A stretch of 64,000 nucleotides of DNA, from positions 7,192,001-7,256,000 of the forward strand of contig CM060732.1 of assembly GCA_030704615.1 (NCBI GenBank), in the 5' to 3' direction. Source of the stretch: Takakia lepidozioides (lineage: Eukaryota; Plantae; Bryophyta). The notes beneath the pieces are model-generated. The model was not told where the DNA came from. It did no database searches and saw only the letters and a list, made by a program, of their open reading frames with translations. This document shows positions 1-10,677 of the stretch, one piece after another; position 1 is the first letter of the stretch, and every line of letters starts with the position of its first letter. A program made the translations under genes and the position numbers.

Positions 1-3000
1 ATCTATGTGTAAGTGATTGGCGGCAACGACATTCAGTATAGTTTAGGGCGGACAGTAAGTGCAGATTATTCAGATTGACTCCATTGTGATTACCGTCGCC
101 AGCATGGGAAGATGAAGGACTGCTTGAAAGGCAATCAAATAGACTGTATGATCTGAACAATGATGATTGACGGTACCGTCAGTCACCCACTCATTGTGCG
201 ATAAACCCTTAGCAGAGGAGTAGAAAGTAAATCACCGTTGTGATGGTCGGTAGCGACAATCCCTGTCTGGGACATTCCACTCAATCTCTACGCAGATCTT
301 CAACAATGAAATGTAAGTTAGAGAAAACTTACTGGCGCCTTCTTAGGTTTTGAAATTGGATCCCCTTCTGCAGCTTTCCTCTTCCCTCTCACATCTGCTA
401 GAATTTATGTCTGCTCTAGGGTTTCTGGACTTTCTCCCGGTTCGGCGTTCCTCGTGCTTCCACCTCCTTCAGTGTCACTGCACATGCCAGCAATTGGTGT
501 ACAGCTGTTTGTATTCAGTTATGGATGTCTGACGTGTGTCGCACAAAATAAACGGCGTGTTCTTTATTAGAACGGTTTCAATATTTAAAAATAACAGCGA
601 ATCCCAGAAATCTTGGCGCACAGTCTTACACAAATAAATGTAAATGAACGAGAGTTTGATGACAAATTTTGGAATATCATACACGGTCATCCTTGTTAGC
701 CAAACCCCACATTCGTTTCACATTTGGAACTTTCCAGGTGCGCATGATCATTGGTAGTAGTATAAAGATACATTTACTTAATCTGCAATCCCATCCTCAG
801 ATCCTGTGGCATGCTTCCAGGAAGTCGGCTTTGTTATTGGGTTTATTGATGAGGTTCTGATTAACGGTTTAACAGCTGCCGACACTGCTCCTAGGGATAC
901 TCTGACCACTGGGCCCACAAGAAAAGTAATTAAAATGGACGGCTGCATATCTGGAAAGAATAACATAATATGCACAGTCGTTGTCTGAGCTTCCTCTGCC
1001 ATATTCTCTGCTCATTCTTCAACTGTGTTCTGGAGACATCAGTAAACCGATTTACACTAGATCTGCGATAGCAAGGTATAAACGTACGCGAGGAAGGAAG
1101 ATGGTTTCCTCTGAAGCGGAGTTCTTCTCTGACGACAAACCAGTGCCGTTCTCCCAGGAAGTCCTTGACAATGGATTTGCAATTGTTCTGGAACATGTCT
1201 TGGCTACCCGTTTTCAGCTGCAGAATGGCTCCATCTTTTTGGAGAAAGAGGTGTACGATCTTAAAGGGAAGTTGTTGAAATACTCTTTCCAAAACCGTGA
1301 TGAGACGGCTCATATCAGCCAGTGGAGAGTGCGTCTTGGTCGATACAGAGTACTTGGAGAGCCTCGGCGAAAGTCCCTTGGGTCATATGTGACGCCCGGG
1401 ACTGCTGCTTCGGTCGTTGAAGACAAGAGGGAGGTGGTGGTGAGAAAAGAACAGACGTCCTCCACTCCAATCGTTGAGCTTTCGGATTCGTCCGATGATG
1501 ACATAAGTGAAATTCCAAATCTAGTCCTTCCTACTGTGGTTGGAGAAGCTGATGAAGAAGAGATTTGTAGTGTCATTCCAAAATTGCGGGCGATGGGAGG
1601 AATGGCTGGATTCAAAAGTGAGTTGCGGGGAATTGATTGGGAATCTTTGAAGCAGGTGCCTGTGAAGTTCTTGCCGGAGACTTTTGATGGCGATATCCTA
1701 TTCGAGCTGCCTCCTCCTCCGCGAGTTGGAGGTGTAACAATCATGATGCATGGAATGGACAAGAAACACGACGGGCACCCGTGGTGTAGAACAAAAACAT
1801 CCAATATTCAGAATGATGACAAGCTTGTTTTCAGGAGGACAGTTTGCAATGGACACCTTAGGTGTGATAATTTGAATTGCAGACACTTTCTTCAGTCTGG
1901 GGTTCATAATCAAAGCGAATGGGAGGGTCTGGCGGAAAATCCATTTCAGCCTGGGACTGCCCCTCCACCGGCAAACACTTTCGTCTGCAAATTCTGCAAA
2001 CTTGTGCCATCCTGCTTGGCGCTCTGCGGAGCAAGAATGTACTATGTTGTCCACCGTTTGAAAACAATGACAAGAGCTTGTGTGCATTTTGGATTCCATA
2101 ACCATCCTGTCTCGAAGGGGGATTACAGGGAGAGTGTTGAGACAGTATCGAGGTTGATTAAACAGGAGTTCGGGAGAAACCCATCCGCAACAACATCTGT
2201 AATTGCTCTTGGCGCAAGCAAGTCCTTCTTGGAAAGCCATATTTTGAGTGAAGGGGATTCTGTGGGGACTAAACTTGACGGTGCAGCATTGGACCTGGTC
2301 ATGGATCATTTCTCCACTTTAAGTTCACCTAACATTCGGCATCAGATCAATGCATTGAGAATGGGCTCTGGGATCAGAGGCTACATAGACAACATTTTGG
2401 AATTGAAATGAGTGAGCAAGTACGATTACATCCAGGACAATGTATTCCCAGGTCAAGGTGCCATCAAAGTTTTTCTTTTCAAAATGTCGACTGTTGGGGA
2501 GGGCAGTGGGGTTAGCCTCGTGAAGCGGATGCAGAAGACTGGGGACTTGCAGAACTGTTTTCTTATGTTTGATCATGTGAAATGAGTGAAGGATTGGACA
2601 ACAATGGCTTGTCATGTCTACGATCCAGTGTACCAACGAGTTATGACAATTGCAATTTGTGACATGCAATCCGAGGATACGGAATCCCAGAAGCTCATGT
2701 GGAATTCCCTGATACGTGTCATGGGCTACCATGGGCTGCCATCTCCAAATTTCGCAGGTTTCATGGCGGATAGTGCTCAAGCAAATTTCAATGCTTTTCG
2801 TATTGTCTTCGGATCGGGCGACCTAAAAGTGCCTATGCCAGGAAGAGAACGTACATGTCTATTCCATTGGACACAATCTCTGGAAAAACATACAAAGTCG
2901 GACATCAAACCAAAGATGCAAACTCAGCACCGTAAATTGTGCAAAGAGTACAAAGATGCTAGAACAATGAAGGAGGCGGACACTTTGTTCCAGGCCATTT

Positions 3001-5224
3001 GGTGCCTGGTGGTTCTCTTCTGGAGCTGCATCACTTGAGAGTATGAGAGCATTGGAAGATTGGCTGGCGTTTTGGAACTTCCGGTATAGACAGTGGGGAG
3101 CAGCCATGCCATTGGTATGAGGCTTATATTTATTGCTTTATTCATACATTTGCTTTCCATTTTATTGTGTCCTCGCTTTCTTTATGTTGTTTTCTGTTCA
3201 CTGTTTTGAAGTGTGGTTCTGCACTTTGCAGAACATGTCCATTGAGGAAATGGCGGACATGCCATCTTGCAATTTGGCAGAAACTGTGCACAACGCATGG
3301 TTGCAGCAGTCTGAGAAATGAGGTCGGGATTTGTATGTGGCAACAACAGATGATTTGATACATGCCTTGCAACAACAAACCTGATACCGTGATTTCTTAC
3401 GAGGTGGGGTTGGTGGCAAGGGTCCGGACAAATGGGAGTTGATGTTGCGTGCTGCAAATAGATCTGGGGATCCAATCAAGATAGCATGGGCGGTGAGCAT
3501 GTATGCCCAGGGAACGCCACTTGTTTCTAGAGTTCCACATCTTGAAGGGGAGGAGAGATTCGGCTCCTGTAAGAGGAAATTGAACACTCCACCTGGTTCG
3601 GATTCAGATTCCCACATGGCAGACCGTGATAACTTCTCGAAGCCTCGTGTTCCCCTGCATGACATCTCCATGTCCGGAACCTACATTGTGGAGGAACCTC
3701 CAACACGACGGCAAGCTCCAGCATCAAACAGTGCCACTGAAATGGTGCAGGAGAGAAACAACCCCCTTGATGTGATGGAGTCTGCATGCCCCGACCACGT
3801 TTGGCACATAGAACGCACAAGTGTAGGGTCTCGTGTGAAATGTACAGCGATCAGGGCAACTAATTTCAAGAAGTGCACTTCATCTATATCCAGAGGTGGT
3901 GCCCGAACTCCTGCTCCGACTTTCACGGGCTTGATGCGTCCATACGGTCAACCAGAAGCCAAGAACCACAAGTTCTGGTTCTGCGCAGATGATTGTGCCA
4001 GATGTGTGCATGGAACCGTGTGTCCTTCCGTAGTGATGAAGCCATATCCTCCAACCGTTTGGCCTGTGAAGGTGGGAACACATCTCAGCTTTCAGGAGAT
4101 TGAAATGCTGGAGGAGGCAGGTTTTTCCCTTGCGAGACAACCCCAACTCAATGCATGTGCTACTACTTCTGCGTCCTCCCGGGTCCCCCCGGCAAATCCT
4201 GACTTGTGGCCAACCAAACGAGATGGAAAGCTCGTTCGGCGTTTCCCTCCAACCGCTGAACACTTTGGCAAAGTGGAGTCCGCAAGAATGCTCCAAGCTC
4301 GTGTTGGAAGCACCACGGAAGTACCCGATCCAGGATATGGTCGGGTATTCACAATCATCACTTCCACATCTGTTGTTCATGACAGGACCTACGACATCAC
4401 GGTTACCAATTTCCCTAATTGCACATGTCCTGATTTTGTGAGAGGTAAATTGGGCAAGAGAGGTAAATTCATACCCTGCAAACATTTGTATTTCATATTT
4501 TTGAAGAGGATGGTTTGCGATCCCAAACGTGACAACTTCATTCACCAGGCCACTATGAGTTTCAACGAGGTCGATACTCTATTGCAGCGGGATACAACAC
4601 ATGGGTAGCATCAACTATGCAATGTGGTATGTGGACGACCGTGATTTGAAATGTGTAATTCACATCAATTCGTCGGCGGTGCAATGATATGGCCTCCAAC
4701 TATACGGAGTGAGCTCTGAGTGACAACTTTTAGGTAGTGCACATTTGTCATTGCACCGTTCGAAGTCTACATGTCTTGCTGTCGCTATGCACTACAATCA
4801 TCTTTTGAAGATGATCCTAACTCTCATTGTTATTTGAGGAGGGAGGAAGGTCTTCCCATGGCAGCCTTTATGGCGCACACTTTGTGAGGATATTTTTTCG
4901 TCCTCGTAATTGTAAAAGTGAAACAAGCATTTGTAATTGCACAATGTTGGATGCTGCAATTGTAGGCCTCAACGCTCGTCTTGATTCTATTTAGGCAAGA
5001 TTCCCTGCATTAATTCCACGGTCATAGGACCATCCTCGGTTATAGGCGGCGCATGTTAATGCTGACGTGGCAGATGACGGACAGTGCCATGTCATCATTT
5101 ATCGCCACATCAGCATGCTGACATGACGCTCACGCCACGTCAGCGTGTGTGCAGGCTCACGCCACGTCAGCTGGCGTGAGCGTACGCTCACGCGCAACGC
5201 TCACGCCATTGCGTCGTTGCTGTG
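1..5224 (+). mobile_element. E0: MULE-like DNA transposon (E4-related subfamily), left end not identified and probably outside the window
   Basis: Contains a MULE transposase pseudogene. Ends in a GCTCACG-rich tract and ...GCTGTG at 5224, the same terminal pattern as E4 (...GCTGTG at 52085). Gypsy pol coding sequence begins immediately after. Confidence 0.7.
981..4608 (+). pseudogene. MULE transposase (GCM/WRKY-like Zn domain, DDE core, C-terminal SWIM), disrupted
   Basis: Motifs MDKKHDGHPW...C..C...HNHP, MFDH, GFMADSAQAN, CLFH, CNLAETVH and CTCPDF...PCKH. GT-AG intron 3115-3231. TGA stops at 2409, 2583, 3319 and 3382; frameshift near 3005. Confidence 0.88.
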
Positions 5225-7608
5225 CATGATGGGATGCACAAGATACAAATCACCACTAAGAAATCTAGTAGACTACCTGCTACGAGAAGACCTCGAGGGG
5301 TCAGGGAGTATGACTGGAGGGGAGGGCTTGATGAGGAGCAAGAAGCTACCCTGTTCGCTACACACCCAGAGTGGGAGCAGGTTGCAGAGATGCAACTGGA
5401 AGGCCTAAGTTGTTTAAAAGGTATCTGTTGTGGTGTAGTAACAGCAACACCAATTGAAGGGGAGACAAACAGCTACCCACCACATTTCTATGAAGAAAGG
5501 GAGGGAGAAATGGAAATCCTAGAGGAACCAGCCACTGTGAGTTTACAGGATGAAGTGGTGACTGGTTGGACAATCACAGCTGATGAGCAGGTGAGAGAAG
5601 TGAATGTGGGAACTGAAGAAGAACCGAGAATGGTGAAGATAGGGGCTGACTTGGAGCCAGAATTCTTTGAGGAAGCTAAGAGTCTGTTCATCAAATACAG
5701 AGATGTATTTGTTTGGAGCTATGAGGATCTGAAAGGGACACCACCTGAGATCTGTCAGCATAAGATTGAACTGGAACCAAGGTCAGTACCAATCAAACAG
5801 GCAAGGTACAGAATGAATCCCAACTATGCACAGAAAGTTGAGGAAGAGATCAAGAAGTTGGCTGAGGCTAAGTTTATAAACCCGATAGAGTATACAACTT
5901 GGTTGTCACCCATTATGATAGTTCCCAAGAAGAATGGTAAACTGAGAGTTTGTGTGAACTATAAGAAGTTGAATGCTTGTACAAAGAAAGATCATTTCCC
6001 TTTACCATTCACAGAAGCGGTACTGGACACTGTGGCAGGCCATGAGATGTACTCATTCATGGATGGCTTCAGTGGGTATAACCAAGTGCAAGTGGCAAAA
6101 GAAGACCAGGGAAAGACAACTTTCATCACAAACTGGGGTGCTTATGCATACAAAGTCATGCCTTTTGGACTTTGTAATGCACCAGCAACCTTTCAGAGAG
6201 TGATAAGTGAATCTTTCCATGAGTATCTGGATGATTTCATGCAGGTGTTCTTAGATGATTTCAGTGTGTACAGCTCTAAGAGTGAGCACTTGCATAAATT
6301 GGAGTTATGTTGATGAGAGGTCTAGGCCTGAATCCAGATAAGTGTACTTTCTGTGTGAACTCAAGGGTACTTTTGGGACACATAGTGTGTAAGAGGGGCT
6401 TCTTGTGGATCCCAGAAAGACAGAGGCCATTAAAGCCTCTCCACCACCAGTAAATGTTAAGAGTCTAAGGAGATTCCTTGGACAAACCAGTTATTACAGA
6501 AGATTTGTCAGACGGTATGCACAGATAGCAGCACCATTGAGCAAGCTTTTGAAGAAAGATGCAGTGTTTGCATGGACAGCTGAATGTCAACAGGCTTTTG
6601 AGAAACTTACCTTGTCACTAACAACTACACCTGTGCTGATTAACCCTCACTGGCATGTAGTATTTCATGTTCACTGTGATGCCTCAGGAGAAGCGTTGGG
6701 AGCAGTGTTAGCCTAAAATGTTACAAGAAACATAGATTCACCTGTGTACTATGCTAGCAGGTTGATGAACAGTACTGAAATGAACTAAAGCACAACTGAA
6801 AAAGAAGCACTGGCAATGATTTATGCAGTCAAGAAATTCAGGCATTACCTATTGGGAAGGAAGTTTATGTTCTATATGGATCATCAGGCTCTGATTTATC
6901 TGGTGAATAAGCCTTTGATAAGTGGAAGGATAGCAAGGTGGTTAATAATCTTGCACAAGTTTGAGTTCGAAGTTGTTTACAAGCCTGGCCGTTTGCATCT
7001 TGTGGCAGATCATTTGTCACGCCTAACAACAGGAGAGCCCGCCACAGGAGTAGACGACCAATTACCTGATGCGAGTTTATTTGCAATGGAGGTGCAGGGA
7101 AGTGCAGATGAATGGTTAGATTGGCAGTGGCCAATCAGATACTACCTTACTCATGGTCAGTGCCCACCTAGTTATGGGAAGGAGCAGAGGAAGAGAATTG
7201 CTATCAAGGCTTTACCTTACACTATGGTAGGGGGCAGAATGTATAAGCTAGGACTTGATGGAGTACTTAAACGATGCTTGTACCACCATGAAGTAAATAA
7301 AGTTCTGGAGGAAGTTCATAAAGGAGTGGCTGGAGGTCATTTTGGAGAAGAGACTACCAGTAGAAAGATACTGCTTGCAGGTTACTGGTGGCCTACTTTG
7401 TTCAAGGATGTACACAAGTATTGTAAGAGTTGTGATGAGTGTCAGAGGCTAGGAACATTGCTGAGATCTGGAAAGATGGCTTTGCATCCAACGATGCCTA
7501 CTGAACCATTTCAGAAATGGGGACTAGACTTTGTTGGACTAATTAACCCACCAGCCAAGAATACACATAACAAGTATATAATCACAGCCACTGATTATAC
7601 TACAAAGT
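5225..7608 (+). pseudogene. Gypsy pol: reverse transcriptase, RNase H, integrase HHCC domain and start of core
   Basis: KKNGKLRVCVNYKKLN, MDGFSGYNQ, VMPFGLCNAPATFQR, VFLDD, HCDAS, H..GH...CKSCDECQ, WGLDFVG. Several stops and frameshifts. Confidence 0.95.
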
Positions 7609-8428
7609 GAGGTTTACTATTTCATGAGCAGAAACCATGAGCCATGAGCCATGAGCCACATGAGCGGTGAGCCGAAGTCTAAGACACGCGGATTTCATGA
7701 GCGGACTCCTCCAAATTTGGAAATGCGGCAGATTAAACAAGTATTAAAATAATAGTTTTTTAATTTGACCTTGTCGTTTTTGGAAGTTCCAGATCCTGTA
7801 ATGCGGCGAAGATATGTCGTCAGTAACAAGTCCGCTCATGGTTTTTTAGATCCGCTCATGGAAATGAGTGACCGTGCAACGAGAAATCCAGTATACCACG
7901 GCAAAAGGACGTCGCATATTGGCATGTATAGAGTATTCCGCGGTTTTACATGCCTTAACATTGGAATGAAGCTGACCCTTTTGCACGATTGAACCAATAG
8001 AGTCTGCACAATTTTGTCATCTTCGGGTATTCGGCGGGAAAGGTTTGCGACTCAACTGGGAAATGCGGTGCCGCATTAGGGTTTGCACGTGCGAAATTTC
8101 TGGGCGGTTTGGTGTTGGTGAAGGCCGCATCTACCAGTACCTACGATGTTACTTGGAAATGCGGCGCCGCATTTCCTTGCCGGGGGTCGAATGAGGAAAG
8201 CAAAGTTTGGGAGAGCAGAAAAACAGGAACCCTCCAACACACAAAAATACATGCACGTGGAAACACGAGTGAATGACATAGTATTATCTTAGTTCGAGCA
8301 AAACATGTTACTGGTAGGCAAGACATAAGTCGGACCTTTCTGTGGCCCGAGTCAGAGCTACTTGCAGCAGTACAGTTCTTCTATTCGAAAAAGATGGGCG
8401 TACCATTGTGTTGGGACCGCAAGCCAAG

Positions 8429-9205
8429 CTCACTGGTCCCCTGGATCCATATTCAGAAGAGTGTGCACCTCTTGGGGGCTCACCCTGGTGCATGTATGAA
8501 GTGATGAGTTGTGGAATTACACCGGAGTCTCTTTAGGTACACGTAGTACAGATGCTTACAAGGGCAGTATGATGCCCCCTTGTTCGCCATGATCTGGAAG
8601 TCGGTGCAATTGCAGGTGGGTAATTCTGAAATGGTGATGGTGTACACCTCATTGCGAACAGCTGAGCCTACTGTGGCCATCTGATACACACGCCCGAAGC
8701 CTGGTGGGGGCACTTCTGTCGAGCTCTGGATTGTACAGTTCATCCGAAGTGCATTCCCCATCCTTGTCTCGTTCACTTTTGAGGGAGGTCGCCGCCTCTT
8801 TGGTTTCCCCCAACGGTGTGTAGGATGCTTAGAGCTATCGGGTCCCATTGTTCTTGCTCTCACAGGGGTCGGTGGTGGAGGCTATGGAAGCGGAAATGGT
8901 TGTCTGGGGACGTCAGTGCGCTGCACCATTCGAAATCCTGCGGCGGTAAGGGCGGCGGCCTCAACCTGACTCAGATCGCAGCCTGGTTCCACCGGCCACA
9001 CCGTGGGAGCCTCTGGCATTGTTTGTATGCTGTACTTGGGCTTTCCATACACGCAAGTCATAATGTCGTGCCTGAGAACCAGAACTGGGTGGTTGTCGCC
9101 TCCCGCAAACTTTGCATAGACAAATCTTCCTGTAAAAGTAGGAGCAGGGACAGCCCCATCTGGATTCCTCCTTATCATCTCTAAACAACGTTGCTATGTA
9201 TCCAC
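8429..9205 (-). pseudogene. 3' fragment of MULE transposase (Cys-rich domain and SWIM finger)
   Basis: CNCTDFQIMANKGASYCPCKH. Matches E3 34304-35080 and carries frameshifts. Confidence 0.85.
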
Positions 9206-9233
9206 TCAAATTTGGGACCCAGATGCTCCATTA

Positions 9234-9854
9234 TTGGAGCCCGCATTGCTCTTCCGCTTCTCATCATTTCGAAAATCTAAGGGCTTCGTTGTTGTCTGCA
9301 AGGTCATTGTCATCGGCATCAAAGACGTCCTCAGGTCCTCCTTTGCAAGGATGCCATGCTTCCGGAACCGGGACAACTACCCTTATGGAGGCTTCGATTA
9401 TGCAATGTATTCGGCCACATCGGGAGACATCATTATCTGGTACACAGATTACACAGAAGATACTGGTTCGAATGTGGAAACATTGTCCGCTTTTGAGTAT
9501 ATCCCAGGCCACTACGCCTTCGAGCGGGGTGACGATCTTGGTCTGAGGAGTCCGTGGCTCCAGCGCATCGTTGATTCCGATTTTCCCAGCTACGACGGGC
9601 ACCCATGGAGAAGAATGCGCACTGCTATGCTGTTGCGGTGGAACCGCTGCCAGTAGACGTGGGTGGACTCCATCGGAGAGACGTATACTCCTGAAGGAGT
9701 GCGCTCCTCTTCTCCATTGTATGGGGACATTCGCATTGGTGTGGACGACGAAAACGTGAAGCTTTCCATATTCGATGGTGGTATGATTGAAGGGCACGAC
9801 ATTGTGATGAACATCAATAGGGGCGGTACAACGGCTGCAATCTACTTTACCTAG
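9234..9854 (+). other. Unknown ORF-like cargo in E1 (about 200 codons, one in-frame stop at 9654-9656)
   Basis: ORFs 9234-9656 and 9663-9854 are in the same frame, separated by one TAG. No family recognised. Confidence 0.35.
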
Positions 9855-10677
9855 AGGAGCCCGATGACTCATGAGCTAGTTCTCAGAGCAGTCAAAGTCC
9901 CATTGATAACGTGACTTGTATTCAGAAGACACAAGGCTAAAGATTTGTTTGCACAATCAGCAAAGTAGACGTGCTTCAAATGCAATTCATGTGGATCAAT
10001 AAAAACCCCATTGTGCCCTCTTTTTGTTCTATTCTGTATCCATTGTTCCCAGAATGCATCATTCCTCATTTCCTTGGGATTGGGAGTGTGGGTGGATTTT
10101 GCAAGTGGCTGGTAGGCTGAAATGGGCCCCCATTGTACAGAGCAGTACCACCCTACCATTCGCGAAACATTGCCTTTCAATATGTAATTCTAAAAAACAT
10201 TGCCGAACCTCCTTCATCAGGAGGTTCTTCTCCCCCTATGACCGTGACACCCTAAACCCTATTCCCGCGGACACTCGTTTCCGGAAAATAGTCCTGCTCA
10301 TGTTTTTTTCAACACTTACGACTCTGCTCATGGCTCATGCCGCTCATGGCTCATGGCTCATGAAATAGCAGCCCCCCTACAAAGTGGGTGGAAGCTAAAG
10401 CTCTGAGGGACAACACAGCTAAGTCCACAGCAAGGTTCATGGGGGGCTGCTATTTCATGAGCGGCATGAGCATGAGCGGCATGAGCATGAGCGGAAAAAA
10501 AAAAAGCATGAGCAGACCATTGTGAGTCCACGGAAATAGGGTTAGGAGGCACGGAAATAGGGTCATGTGAAGTTGGAATGTGGCACCAGTGGACTTAAAA
10601 TGCAACATTTTATTGCAAATTTTGTGGCAAGCCACGTCTATACAAGTGTGTTCTAACTGTCATAGCCGGAATGGGCA

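Larger units (their letters stand above)
7609..10376 (-). mobile_element. E1: internally deleted MULE of the E3 subfamily (2.77 kb)
   Basis: Termini GAGGTTTACTATTTCATGAG and CTCATGAAATAGCAGCCCCC. 9-bp TSD CTACAAAGT at 7600-7608 and 10377-10385. 7609-~9205 is nearly identical to E3 33499-~35080. Confidence 0.93.

Noticed and set aside
1-980. Short ORFs upstream of the E0 transposase
   Set aside because: No motifs or homology recognised; probably non-coding interior of E0.
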